A DNA stretch of 64,000 nucleotides from Minisyncoccota bacterium (GTDB taxonomy: Bacteria > Patescibacteriota > Microgenomatia > UBA1400 > PJMF01): assembly GCA_012515515.1 (NCBI GenBank), contig JAAYYE010000012.1, positions 48,604 through 112,603 on the forward strand, given 5' to 3'. The translations under genes were made by a program, and so were the position numbers. Shown piece by piece: positions 53,183 through 63,531 of the stretch. Each line of letters opens with the position of its first letter. Position 1 is the first letter of the stretch. Below the pieces are notes generated by a model. It searched no databases. It worked only from the letters and a program-made list of their open reading frames with translations, and was not told the DNA's origin.

Positions 53183-53872
53183 TCAAAGGATGATTTTCTT
53201 TAAAAGTTGATGATTTTGTGCCACTAATTTTGGATCAAATGGACCTTGCTCGCCAATTAACACTTTTAGTTGATGTTCTCCAGCCAGCTGTTGATAAAAA
53301 TCTAATTGAGTTTTTAAAATCTCTTTTGCCTCAGCCAAATTTTTCTTTCCATTATTGGTAAATTCGGCTAACCAGTCAGCGCTAATTAGATATTGGCCTA
53401 AATTATAGACTTCTTCACCACCAGCAATTGTAAAACAGACTTGGTTAGCTAAATGCATATTGTGAGGACGAACCATATGTCCTTTGACACTGCCTGCCAA
53501 TTCTTTTGGATCAGCAAAAGGCAAAATGCCCACATATTCTAGCTTTACCTGATCAGCCAGCGCTGCCAAATGTTGTTGCGCACTAGCATTGGTTTCATCC
53601 CAATCATTAAGTTTTAATTGCTGTTTAATCCAAGAATTTTCTTCGCTCGCAGCAATTTTTAATTTTTTATCTAATTGTTCTTTGGGTAAAGCATTATTAA
53701 GCACTTTTTGCAAAGATTTTACTACCTTGGAGAAATGTGGCAAACGAAAACCAGAGCCTAAAAAAGCAAAACGACGACCATGATTGAGCTGCACGCCTTC
53801 ATCGCCATCTGCAATGACTAAGGGCACTGGCTGATACTCGGCAGGTTCAACTGATCGACTGTTCTTGCTCAT
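53183..53872 (-). CDS. Hypothetical protein
   Basis: 229-aa ORF with strong AAGGAG RBS. Confidence 0.7.
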   Translation of the reverse strand: MSKNSRSVEPAEYQPVPLVIADGDEGVQLNHGRRFAFLGSGFRLPHFSKVVKSLQKVLNNALPKEQLDKKLKIAASEENSWIKQQLKLNDWDETNASAQQHLAALADQVKLEYVGILPFADPKELAGSVKGHMVRPHNMHLANQVCFTIAGGEEVYNLGQYLISADWLAEFTNNGKKNLAEAKEILKTQLDFYQQLAGEHQLKVLIGEQGPFDPKLVAQNHQLLKKIIL

Positions 53873-53891
53873 GAAACTCCTTTTATTAAAA

Positions 53892-54044
53892 TTATTGAGC
53901 CATAGCTTGTACTGAAGCTAAATATTGATACATCTCTTTTTCTACCTTTTCCCAATCACCATTTGCTTCACGAATTGCATTAAATAACAATTCCATGTCA
54001 ATTAGTAATTGGTCGTCAGTAACAATCATTCTTTGTTTTGCCAT
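53892..54044 (-). CDS. Small 50-aa protein missed by the ORF track
   Basis: MAKQRMIVTDDQLLIDMELLFNAIREANGDWEKVEKEMYQYLASVQAMAQ; TGaTATAAT 8 nt upstream of ATG; co-oriented with the next gene. Confidence 0.65.
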   Translation of the reverse strand: MAKQRMIVTDDQLLIDMELLFNAIREANGDWEKVEKEMYQYLASVQAMAQ

Positions 54045-54139
54045 AGACCTCTATTATATCATTAGTCGAGAAAAAAAGCTAGTAAAAAGCTTAATTTTTT
54101 ATTGAAATATCAAGATAATAAATCACCAGCAAGAATATT

Positions 54140-55249
54140 TTACTTGTAGGTAATCGGTAAATCTGTTTGCACAATAGAGAGGCTCATCCGACGTTGTTCT
54201 GGCACAACATTTTCCACATTGACAGTTACCTCATCACCGACTTTTAATTCTTTGCTAGGATCAAGCTTGGTTGAATGAATTAAACCATCAACGCCTTTTT
54301 CTACGTTGACAAATACACCAAATGCTTCAATTCTAGTCACTTTACCAGTAAAAGTGGTGCCAGCAGCATAGCGTTCAACCAAATTATTCCAAGGATCTTC
54401 ACCTAATTGCTTAATTGATAAATTAAGTTTGTTGGTTCTCTCATCAATGCCCAAGACTTTCACTTTGACTTTATCGCCGACTTTATGATAATCCTTGGGA
54501 TGATTGACTTTTTCCCAAGAAATTTCAGAAATGTGAATCAGTCCTTCTATATAACCAGTGCTATCTTTTTTATCTTCATCTTTTACGGGGACTTCGACAG
54601 TAACAAATAAGCCAAAGTGCATTACCCCAGAGACAATTCCTTCATAAATCGCGCCTTCTTGAACATTTTCCACTGCTAAGTCTTTTTGCGCCAATTCCTT
54701 GGCTTCGCTTACGTGACGTTCAGAAAAAATTAAACGATTTTTTTCGCGATCAACTTCAATCGCTTTAACTTTAAAAGCTTCGCCTTTCAGAGAAGAAATT
54801 TTTCCCATATATTGACGGCCAAATTGGCTAGAAGGTACAAAACCACGAACACCATTAACTAAAACAATTAAACCACCGCGATTCAATTCAATGCCTTTAG
54901 CCTCTAAATCAAGATCTTTGTCTAAAGCCTCTTCAAAATATTCCCATTTCGCGTCGGAAGCTGCTCCTTTGAGAGATAATAAGACTTGGCCATTATCGTA
55001 ATCGGTTGAAACAACTATGCCTTTAACTTCATCACCAACTTTTAACTCATCAATAAAATCACTGGCAAATTCAAATTCCTTATCTGCCACATAAGCTTCG
55101 GTCTTAGCTCCTAAATCAATTACTAAATTCTTTTTATTTTTTTCAACAATCACGCCAGTAACCGTATCTCCTTTTTGAGGAATTACTAGCTTATCTGCAT
55201 TAGCTTTTAAAAGCTCCTCCATCGTTATTTTTTTTGTACTATTCGCCAT
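54140..55249 (-). CDS. rpsA: 30S ribosomal protein S1 (four S1 domains)
   Basis: Repeated S1 motifs (RGFVPSSQ, EGLIHISEISW, DGLIH); true start MANSTKK at 55249 with AAGGA RBS. Confidence 0.92.
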   Translation of the reverse strand: MANSTKKITMEELLKANADKLVIPQKGDTVTGVIVEKNKKNLVIDLGAKTEAYVADKEFEFASDFIDELKVGDEVKGIVVSTDYDNGQVLLSLKGAASDAKWEYFEEALDKDLDLEAKGIELNRGGLIVLVNGVRGFVPSSQFGRQYMGKISSLKGEAFKVKAIEVDREKNRLIFSERHVSEAKELAQKDLAVENVQEGAIYEGIVSGVMHFGLFVTVEVPVKDEDKKDSTGYIEGLIHISEISWEKVNHPKDYHKVGDKVKVKVLGIDERTNKLNLSIKQLGEDPWNNLVERYAAGTTFTGKVTRIEAFGVFVNVEKGVDGLIHSTKLDPSKELKVGDEVTVNVENVVPEQRRMSLSIVQTDLPITYK

Positions 55250-55337
55250 ATCAAAATAGTTCCTTTCTTTTTGATCTGTGTATTGTAACACAAGTTTGCT
55301 GTTGTTTACTCTAGGAAAAGATGGCAAAATAGAGCTC

Positions 55338-56651
55338 ATGATTAACTGCCCAAAAATTAAAGATATTAAAAATAAACAAGTTTTAGTTAGAGTAGATTTT
55401 AATGTTCCACTCAAACTGGTCGCTGGTAAAGCCGGCAATAAAAATGCGGTGTGGCGGGTGGCCGACAGCGATAGAATCAGCAGCGCACTAGAAACGATTA
55501 ATTTTCTCTTAGACAATCAGGCTAAAGTTGTTTTAATTTCTCATTTGGGTCGAGCTGATGGTAAAAAGAATCATGATTTAAGTCTTTTGCCAGTCGCTAA
55601 ATTTTTAAAAAATAACTTAGATTTACCAGTTGAATTTGTTAATGATTGTGTCGGAGCAGATGTGGCAGAAAAAGCGCGAAATTTGCGCAGTGGCCAAGCT
55701 TTATTGTTAGAAAATCTACGTTTTTATCCTGGAGAAGAAAAAAATGATCCTCATTTTACAAAACAATTGCTTAAAGACAGCGCGGCTGAAATTTATATTA
55801 ATGAAGCATTTAGCGCTAGTCATCGGGCTCATGCCAGCACCGTTGGTTTAGCCAAGCGCTTGCCCAGTTTCGCTGGCTTCAATTTGCAACGAGAAGTTGA
55901 GCTTTTTAGTAAAGCCCTCAATGATATTAAAAGACCATTGGTGGTAGTGATGGGCGGAGCAAAAATCTCTGACAAAGTGGCAACCATGCAAAATCTAGCT
56001 CGTTTAGCCGATGTTGTCTTGGTCGGCGGCGGCATTGCCAACGCCATGCTCAGAGCTGGTGGCATTGAAACTCATCGCTCTTTTATTGGCGCCGACGAGG
56101 AAAAAGAACAAGAAGAAATTGGCAAAATTCTGCAAACAGCTAAAGATATTCTTGGTGAACATGCGCTAGAGCGAGTGTTGTTTGAAAACGTAGGTAAAGA
56201 TCGAAAAAATTTACCTTTACCAAAAATTGTCTTGCCTATTGATGTTTTAGCAGGCAAAGACAGCGAGGCTAAAGAGAGCGAACAAGTCGCCTTATTAAGT
56301 GATGTACTCGATACTGACAATGATCGCGATATTAAATATTTAGATATCGGGCCAGAAACAATTAGGCTTTATCGCTATATTCTGCAGGGAGCAAAAACTA
56401 TTGTCTGGAATGGCCCCATGGGAGTTTTTGAGAATCCAGTTTTTGCTAGGGGTAGTAGAGAGGTGGCGCGCGCGATAGCGCGCGCAAGCCAAGACGGCGC
56501 GATTTCGCTGGTTGGCGGTGGAGAAAGCAATAGCGTCATCAACCGAGCTGGGCTTTACAATCAATTTACTCATGTTTCTAGTGCCGGTGGGGCCGCTTTA
56601 GAATTTTTGAGTGGAGAAAAATTGCCAGGCATTGAGGTTTTAGAAAAATAA
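55338..56651 (+). CDS. pgk: Phosphoglycerate kinase
   Basis: VRVDFNVP, SHLGR, LENLRF, HRAHAS, GGAKISDK and WNGPMG motifs; start 55338. Confidence 0.97.
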   Translation: MINCPKIKDIKNKQVLVRVDFNVPLKLVAGKAGNKNAVWRVADSDRISSALETINFLLDNQAKVVLISHLGRADGKKNHDLSLLPVAKFLKNNLDLPVEFVNDCVGADVAEKARNLRSGQALLLENLRFYPGEEKNDPHFTKQLLKDSAAEIYINEAFSASHRAHASTVGLAKRLPSFAGFNLQREVELFSKALNDIKRPLVVVMGGAKISDKVATMQNLARLADVVLVGGGIANAMLRAGGIETHRSFIGADEEKEQEEIGKILQTAKDILGEHALERVLFENVGKDRKNLPLPKIVLPIDVLAGKDSEAKESEQVALLSDVLDTDNDRDIKYLDIGPETIRLYRYILQGAKTIVWNGPMGVFENPVFARGSREVARAIARASQDGAISLVGGGESNSVINRAGLYNQFTHVSSAGGAALEFLSGEKLPGIEVLEK

Positions 56652-56652
56652 A

Positions 56653-58776
56653 TCAATAATTACTTTCGATTTCTTCTAAAATTAACAATTGATCCTTATT
56701 TTCAATTTGATCATATAAGTGATGTATCAGATAGAATTTTGCAGCGGCTTCCTGATCTAAGATATCAATCATTAAACTTTTAAAATCATCTAAGCGATTA
56801 GCCACAAAAAGCTTGGTGGTATTTTCTTTATACAAATACATATATTGACCAAAATTGCCAAGAACGTGAGGTGAAATATTTTTAAATTTTGAGAAAAATT
56901 CAAGAAAATTCTCCAAGTTGTCTTCCTCAAGAAATAAAGCTTGTTCGGTAAAAAAGACGTATTCATCAAATAAAAGAGCTTGCTGGTAAAAATAGCTAGC
57001 ATTCTCCCAATCATTGTTTTTATAAGCTTCTTGAGCCTTAGTAAAAATTTGTTTTGCTAGTTCAAGTTTTCGCCAATAATTTAAAAAATACTCATCTTCA
57101 AAAAAATTATTAGCTTTAATTATCTGTAATAATCGATCTAAAAGAACTCTGGCCTCCTCAACTTGCCAATCTTGAAAATCTACTTTTGTTAGATAACTGG
57201 CTGGATCTATTTCTGCTAAATTTAAATACAAATTCTTTTTAAACTGATAGTCTAATTCTCCATCTAAGTTTAAAAGACGAAAAACAAAACTAGTGTCATA
57301 ACGATATAAATCGTAGATAAGCGTGTAATTCTCAATCGTATTGACTGATTCAGTATAAGGAGCCTTCACAGCGCTGGCAATAAAAGGCGTATATTTCAGC
57401 CAATGTTTGGAGTTTTCTTTTTGCCAAGTGATTGTTAAAACATTGCTAATTGAGAAAAAACTACTCACTACAAGCAAAAAAACAGGATAAATTTGCCAAA
57501 ATTTAGATTTTGTTTCTTTAACAAGCTGATACTCTTGATCTACTAAAATATAGGCTAAATAAATTAAAGTTAACAAAAAAATGCCAAAAAAATGCCAATC
57601 AAAATCAAACAATGCGTTAAATAGTGAGCTACAAGCACCTAAATAAAGAAATTTATTGATGTTATTTTTTGATTTTTTAACTATTAGAAAACTTTTATAG
57701 TAAATGTAGAGAATTAATAAAATAAATAAGCCTCCACCCAAAACTCCCATTTCTGCTAAATTATGTAAAAAAATATTATGAGCATAAGAACTGTGTTGCT
57801 CCATTTTCGCTGGAAAACGATAGGAGGCGTCTTTAAATGTATTTAAACCATACCCAAAAACTGGATAATTTTTAAAAGTTAACCAGGCTTGGCGCCAATA
57901 AAACACACGACTATTCTCCGTGATTGATACGCACAAATCTTTTCGATAAAGTTTCAAAAAGCAATTTTTTTGATTATTGCTAGTGATGGGAAAAGATAAA
58001 AAAATAAAAATAAAAGAAACAAAAATAAATAGAAAAATTACACTTTTCACCAGAGAGAAAATGATTTTTTGTTGGCGAATTTTAGCAAAGCTTGATTTAT
58101 TCAGCAAAAAAATAATAATAAATTGCGCAAGGGCAATTAGTAAGCCTAAACGAGACAGACTAATTAGCACCAATAAATACGATGATAATAGTAAATAAAT
58201 CTCCAAATAAATCTTAAATTTTTGACCAAAGAGCTGAGATTTGGACGGATTTAATATTCTCCACCAGACCATTGGCAAAATTAATAATAAAAAAGCAACA
58301 TAATGATTATGACCGTAACTGCGAACCAGGAAATTCATCCCCTGAAAAGATAATCTGGAAACATCGAAAACTGTTAACAACAACACTAGAATGTTTAAGA
58401 TTGCGCTTAACAACAATAGATAATCAACAAAAAAATCAATTTTTAAAAATTTCTGTCCGCTTTTTAAAAAAAATAAAAAAATGCTGAAAGAAAAAAGATA
58501 AAATAAATATTTTTCTATGCTTAAGGGAATGTGGTGAGAAAAAATAAGGCTAATTAAAGCGATCAATAAAAACACAAAAGTTAAACAGATGATTTTCTTG
58601 TTTTTTTGTTCTTTAATATTATCAATGATTGTTGAAAAAAAATCCCTATAAATCAATAAAAAAATCGACCAAAGTAAAAATAAATAGAACTTATACTCTG
58701 TTTCCATCAGGAAAACTGATAATAAAAAAAGTAAAAAAAAGAATGGGTAAAAAAAATTAGCCAATAACTTCTTCAT
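56653..58776 (-). CDS. O-antigen ligase/Wzy_C family GT-C protein with helical (TPR-like) C-terminus
   Basis: HNH, SLSR, R..YW, GYGLNTF and AHNIFLH..AEMG motifs. Confidence 0.82.
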   Translation of the reverse strand: MKKLLANFFYPFFFLLFLLSVFLMETEYKFYLFLLWSIFLLIYRDFFSTIIDNIKEQKNKKIICLTFVFLLIALISLIFSHHIPLSIEKYLFYLFSFSIFLFFLKSGQKFLKIDFFVDYLLLLSAILNILVLLLTVFDVSRLSFQGMNFLVRSYGHNHYVAFLLLILPMVWWRILNPSKSQLFGQKFKIYLEIYLLLSSYLLVLISLSRLGLLIALAQFIIIFLLNKSSFAKIRQQKIIFSLVKSVIFLFIFVSFIFIFLSFPITSNNQKNCFLKLYRKDLCVSITENSRVFYWRQAWLTFKNYPVFGYGLNTFKDASYRFPAKMEQHSSYAHNIFLHNLAEMGVLGGGLFILLILYIYYKSFLIVKKSKNNINKFLYLGACSSLFNALFDFDWHFFGIFLLTLIYLAYILVDQEYQLVKETKSKFWQIYPVFLLVVSSFFSISNVLTITWQKENSKHWLKYTPFIASAVKAPYTESVNTIENYTLIYDLYRYDTSFVFRLLNLDGELDYQFKKNLYLNLAEIDPASYLTKVDFQDWQVEEARVLLDRLLQIIKANNFFEDEYFLNYWRKLELAKQIFTKAQEAYKNNDWENASYFYQQALLFDEYVFFTEQALFLEEDNLENFLEFFSKFKNISPHVLGNFGQYMYLYKENTTKLFVANRLDDFKSLMIDILDQEAAAKFYLIHHLYDQIENKDQLLILEEIESNY

Positions 58777-58887
58777 AATTTATTTTCAGCAGTATTCAAA
58801 TATCTAGTATGGCTGATGAGAAAAGCGATTGCAAATAGGATTTGAGGCATGCAAACAAAATTATTATATTTAAGATAAAATAAGGTA

Positions 58888-60015
58888 ATGATTTTGGTTA
58901 ATCAAGTTAAAATTCCAAAAAATGCTAAAAAATACTTAAATGATTGTGTAGAATCTACTTGGATATCTGGACAAGGTAGATACGTAGAAAAATTTGAAAA
59001 AGAGTTTGCTAAATTTATCGGTAAAAAATATGCTGTATCTACCAACTCTGGAACTAGTGCTCTTCATCTGGCTCTATTAGCCCTTGATATTAAAGCTGGA
59101 GACGAAGTAATTCTTCCAGCTTTAACAATTGGATCCTGTTATTTTGCCATTTGGCAAACAGGAGCTAAAGCGATACCAATAGATGTTCTACCAGATACCT
59201 ATAATATAAATCCCAGCCTAATAGAAAAAAACATCAATAATAAAACAAAAGCGATTATGCCCGTCCATTTGTATGGAGAGGCTTGTGAAATGGATAGCAT
59301 TTTGAAGATTGCTAAAAAATATCGTCTAAAAGTTGTTGAAGATGCAGCTGAAGCACATGGGGCAATTTATAAAAATAAAAAATTAGGTAGCTTTGGTGAT
59401 CTGGCCTGTTTCAGTTTTTACGCCAATAAACTTATAACTACCGGTGAAGGAGGGGCTGTCCTAACAAATAATAAAAAGATGTATGAAAAGATGCAAAGAT
59501 TAAAAAATTTAAATTTTTCGCAACAAAAACGCTTTGTTCATCAGGGCATTGGCTATAAATATGAATTAAGTAATCTCGAAGCAGCCTTGGGTCTAGCTTC
59601 TTTAGAGGAAGTTGAGCAAAACCTGTCTTTGAAGGCACAAATGGCTAATTATTATGATGACCAGTTAAAGGATATTCCAGGAATAATAACACCTGTTAAA
59701 AGAGCTTACACTAAATCTAGTTACTGGATGTATGCTATTTTAGTTAAAAAAGAACAATTTGGGGTCAGCAAAAAAGAATTAATGAAAATCCTACTAAATA
59801 AATATGATATTCAAACTAGAGAGTTTTTTTATCCTCCACAAATTGCTTTCAAAAAAATGAATTTATATATCAATGATAATTTTCCAGTTGCCGAAAAACT
59901 AAGTGCCGAGGGTTTGTATCTTCCATCTGGACTGGGTAATACTAAGGAAGATTTCCAAAAGGTAGTAGCAGCTATTAAACAAATACACGCCGATGCTAAA
60001 AGAAAAATTTATTGA
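58888..60015 (+). CDS. DegT/DnrJ/EryC1/StrS sugar aminotransferase (perosamine synthase-like)
   Basis: NSGTSALHLA, VHLYG, EDAAEAHG and FSFYANKLITTGEGG (PLP lysine). Confidence 0.93.
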   Translation: MILVNQVKIPKNAKKYLNDCVESTWISGQGRYVEKFEKEFAKFIGKKYAVSTNSGTSALHLALLALDIKAGDEVILPALTIGSCYFAIWQTGAKAIPIDVLPDTYNINPSLIEKNINNKTKAIMPVHLYGEACEMDSILKIAKKYRLKVVEDAAEAHGAIYKNKKLGSFGDLACFSFYANKLITTGEGGAVLTNNKKMYEKMQRLKNLNFSQQKRFVHQGIGYKYELSNLEAALGLASLEEVEQNLSLKAQMANYYDDQLKDIPGIITPVKRAYTKSSYWMYAILVKKEQFGVSKKELMKILLNKYDIQTREFFYPPQIAFKKMNLYINDNFPVAEKLSAEGLYLPSGLGNTKEDFQKVVAAIKQIHADAKRKIY

Positions 60016-60412
60016 AAGAATTAATTATCGTGGGAAAGAATTTGCTTTTATTGTAAGAGCAAATTATCCAGTGGACAGCATCGAATTCTTCTCTGAAAAA
60101 GAAGATTTCTTACAAGTTGGTTTTCATAACAAAAAAAAAGGTGAAAAATTAAAAGCTCACTACCACCAATTCAAAAATCATAAAATTACTAGCTTGCAAG
60201 AAGTTTTATTTATTGTTAAAGGTAAAGTTAAAGTTTACTTTTATACAAAAAAAGGAATATTGATTCAAACAGAAGTATTGAATAAAGGAGACATACTTTT
60301 CCAAAGAAATTTAGGTCATGGTTTTGAATTGTTAGAAGATGCAGAGATTTTTGAGGTTAAACAGGGTCCATTTTTTGGTAAAGAACATAAAAAATTTTTT
60401 GACGTTCAATAA
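59993..60412 (+). CDS. Cupin-fold protein of sugar-nucleotide clusters
   Basis: AHYH, QEVL..VKG, GHGF and EVKQGP motifs. Confidence 0.8.
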   Translation: MLKEKFIERINYRGKEFAFIVRANYPVDSIEFFSEKEDFLQVGFHNKKKGEKLKAHYHQFKNHKITSLQEVLFIVKGKVKVYFYTKKGILIQTEVLNKGDILFQRNLGHGFELLEDAEIFEVKQGPFFGKEHKKFFDVQ

Positions 60413-60415
60413 TTT

Positions 60416-61117
60416 TTATGATTTATAGCGCAATTCCCAAGCAGTTTTTAGGTAACTAACAAGCATTTTAACCAAATTTGATTTACTTTGGCCATATTTT
60501 CTACGCTGATAATAAACAGGCACCTCAACTATCTTAAAGTTGTTTTTGTTAGCCAAATACACTAAACGCAAGTGATACTCCCCATATCCCTGGAAAATTT
60601 CTTCTAAAGGCAATTTATTTGCCAATTTTTTTTTGATGACATAGTAACCACTTGCATTGTCAGTTAAAGGAAAAGCGAAAATTATTCTTAATATCATATT
60701 AAACAAATAAGTTGAAAAATAACGAAATTTATTCTGCATACCGCCTCCCTTAATGAAGCGTGAAGCAACTACAACATCTGAATCATTAATTTCTTGAATT
60801 AAATTATTGATAATATTGGGGTCATGATTAAAATCTGCATCCATTCCAACAATTAATTCCCCTTTTGCTTTTTTCCAGCCCAATAGAATTGACTTTGCTA
60901 ATCCCTTTGGAGGATGATTTAAAAAAAGTTTAACTTTTTTGTTATTTTTTTCGATTTTCCTTAAGACCTCAATTGTTCCATCTTGACTATGATCATCTAT
61001 GACAATTATTTCGTAGTTATATTTAAATAATTTTTTTGACAAAACTGACACAAGTGAGGATATATTTTCTTTTTCATTGTAGGTAGGAATTACAATACTA
61101 ATTAATTTATCAGTCAT
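60416..61117 (-). CDS. GT2 polyprenol-phosphate glycosyltransferase (DPM1/ArnC-like)
   Basis: VIPTYNE, DDHSQDGT, MDADFNH and RKYGQSK motifs. Confidence 0.9.
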   Translation of the reverse strand: MTDKLISIVIPTYNEKENISSLVSVLSKKLFKYNYEIIVIDDHSQDGTIEVLRKIEKNNKKVKLFLNHPPKGLAKSILLGWKKAKGELIVGMDADFNHDPNIINNLIQEINDSDVVVASRFIKGGGMQNKFRYFSTYLFNMILRIIFAFPLTDNASGYYVIKKKLANKLPLEEIFQGYGEYHLRLVYLANKNNFKIVEVPVYYQRRKYGQSKSNLVKMLVSYLKTAWELRYKS

Positions 61118-61844
61118 TTTTCCTTGCTAAAACCATTATGCTTGAACCAATCGGCCAAGTCTTTATATACTTTAAGAGAAATGCTTCAATTTTTATTAAA
61201 AATAATAAAAATTTGTTAATAACATTTGGCAGTTTAGAAACTACAGACTTAGATTCCCTTTTACTAAATTTTAAAAACAATCTTTGTAAAACAAAAAATG
61301 GAAAAGTAAAAAAATAAATATAAGAAGATTTAACAATAGAAAAATTATTTTTTTCTAGTAATTGCTCTATCTCCCGCTTAGTAAATCTTTTTTTAGCCAT
61401 CATTTGCTCATCGTGAGCACTCCAAAAAAATGGTAAAGCACAATCTGAAAGCAAAAGATAAGCATCTTTCTTCAGCAAACGCCTAACTTCTTTTAAAACC
61501 AATGCTTCTTCAACATCTTTATGATATAAAACATCAAATATCGTTATTAAATCAAATTTATCTTTTTGTATTGGAATTTTTTCAACAGACGACTCGATCA
61601 CTTGAACATCGTTTTTTTTACAAAAAGCGATTGACGTCTGGTTTGATTCGACTCCTAAAACTTTTCCATATCTTTCTAAAAATTTTGTCATCCCTCCTGT
61701 GCCGCAGCCCAAGTCTAAAATTGACGACTTGGTGTCAGAAAAGTTAATGCTGCTTAAAAAAGAACTAGCAAACAGTCTTTTGCCCAAAAACCACCAATGT
61801 TCGTTTTCTAAAACAAACATTGTTTTATATTCGATTTCTTCCAT
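61110..61844 (-). CDS. Class I SAM-dependent methyltransferase
   Basis: HWWF, LDLGCGTG, DVLYH and WSAHD motifs. Confidence 0.88.
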   Translation of the reverse strand: MEEIEYKTMFVLENEHWWFLGKRLFASSFLSSINFSDTKSSILDLGCGTGGMTKFLERYGKVLGVESNQTSIAFCKKNDVQVIESSVEKIPIQKDKFDLITIFDVLYHKDVEEALVLKEVRRLLKKDAYLLLSDCALPFFWSAHDEQMMAKKRFTKREIEQLLEKNNFSIVKSSYIYFFTFPFFVLQRLFLKFSKRESKSVVSKLPNVINKFLLFLIKIEAFLLKYIKTWPIGSSIMVLARKND

Positions 61845-61848
61845 CTTT

Positions 61849-63483
61849 TTATCTTGATATATTTTTTAAATTTTTTACTAAATAAACTTTAACAAGAAAT
61901 GGTGAGTCTTCCTCATACAACAATTCTTCCTCGATAACAAATTGGTTTGGACTACTTGATTCTGCGGCAATAGTAGATAAATCAAATAGAAAATCTGCCA
62001 CACAATCATTATCTTCGCCAGAACAAACTAGATAATAATAGTCAAATTTTAAATATTTCAAATTTCCAGAATAATTATTTGTGTTCTGATAGCTGGCAAT
62101 CAAATCGTTGGTGTAAAAGTATGTTTTGTTTATAAAATGATCAATTTTTTCACCTTGCCATTTCTGTGACCACAGATTTGACATCGCACTGTTACCATCT
62201 CTTGACATCTGACCCAAGTTGCTAAATATCAAGGTTCTGCTTCGTGGAATTCCGTTTGCATTTAGTGAGTTGAGAATTAACTGTGAAATGTTCTGATTGT
62301 TGAATGTTGAGTCAATATTTTTATACCTTAAAAGACGAAACGAGGCAAGTAAATTAATAGATGAAGTAAATAAGAAAAAAGAAATTAGTAGATAAAAAAT
62401 AAATTTTTCTTTAAAACCATTAAGCTTTTTATTTTCAGCCAATAATAAAAGAAGCCAGATTAAAAAAACTAAAGCTAAAACATCAAAACGATGATATGCT
62501 CCTAAAAAAGAAAGATTTTTTAATAACAAAGTACAAAATATAATCCATATTAACAAAAATGGAGAAGTAAAGGGCTTTATATAAGAAGTTCTTTTTTTAT
62601 TTTTTCTAAAAATAAAAAAAATAACTAATAGAAAAAAAACTAAAAATATTAGCAAATATTCCTTATGACTAACAAAAAACAATAAATAAAAACTCCTAAA
62701 AATTACATTAAAGTGATCAAAGATTCCAAAAAAATTAAAGGTCTGATTCTCGGACAAATCAAACAAAGATTGAAAAGAAATAAATTGATTTTGCGCTTCA
62801 AAAATCAATAAAGGTAAATAAACAATCAGAAAGTTTACAAATAAAGTTAATAGGCTGCAAAGAATGCTTTCAAGGCGATTAAACCGAATACTTTCTTTAA
62901 AAAAGTAGAATGAATTGTAAAAAATTATTGGAAAAACAAATATTGGCGAAGGATAAATCGCTAAAGCAATAAAAAAGAATAACTGACCAATAAGTAAATA
63001 AGTTATTTTCTCCTTTTTTAGAGCTAAAGTCCCAAATAAAAGGGCCAAAGACGAGAAAAAAAATATTGGATTAGGATGCCATATTTGTCGACTTATATAG
63101 TTTATGTGATAATGCCAAACAGAAAAAAATATAAAAATTAACAAAGAGCTTAATTTACTATTAGTTAACAAATAAATAAAATAAGTAAATATAAAAATTG
63201 TTAAAACTCCTAACAAAGCATAAAAGAAGCTTATAAATAAAATATTTCCGCTAATTGAATAAATACTTGCTAAAAGATAAAGATAAGTTGGCGGAATAAA
63301 GAAATCTTCCATCCCAACCGCCGGACCAACAAGGGGCAATTCTTTATTCTGATTGATTAATCTAGCAGCTTCTAGTTCATAACCACTATCATGAACCATA
63401 AAATTATTTTTAAGATTGAAAAACCTAAAATAAGAAGCCAACAAGAAAAACAACGACAATACTATAATAAATATTTTTTTCAT
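61849..63483 (-). CDS. GT-C fold glycosyltransferase (ArnT/PMT-like)
   Basis: Multi-TM; RFFNL...HD, PLVGP, PP.YLYL and SRQIWHPNP motifs. Confidence 0.72.
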   Translation of the reverse strand: MKKIFIIVLSLFFLLASYFRFFNLKNNFMVHDSGYELEAARLINQNKELPLVGPAVGMEDFFIPPTYLYLLASIYSISGNILFISFFYALLGVLTIFIFTYFIYLLTNSKLSSLLIFIFFSVWHYHINYISRQIWHPNPIFFFSSLALLFGTLALKKEKITYLLIGQLFFFIALAIYPSPIFVFPIIFYNSFYFFKESIRFNRLESILCSLLTLFVNFLIVYLPLLIFEAQNQFISFQSLFDLSENQTFNFFGIFDHFNVIFRSFYLLFFVSHKEYLLIFLVFFLLVIFFIFRKNKKRTSYIKPFTSPFLLIWIIFCTLLLKNLSFLGAYHRFDVLALVFLIWLLLLLAENKKLNGFKEKFIFYLLISFFLFTSSINLLASFRLLRYKNIDSTFNNQNISQLILNSLNANGIPRSRTLIFSNLGQMSRDGNSAMSNLWSQKWQGEKIDHFINKTYFYTNDLIASYQNTNNYSGNLKYLKFDYYYLVCSGEDNDCVADFLFDLSTIAAESSSPNQFVIEEELLYEEDSPFLVKVYLVKNLKNISR

Positions 63484-63531
63484 CTTATTTTTAAGTTAAG
63501 AATTAAGTAATTTTATTGTAAACTAGAGTTC

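Noticed and set aside
55250-55516. Long overlapping N-terminal extensions of rpsA and pgk in the ORF track
   Set aside because: Better starts with RBS or promoter signals exist at 55249 and 55338, which removes the overlap
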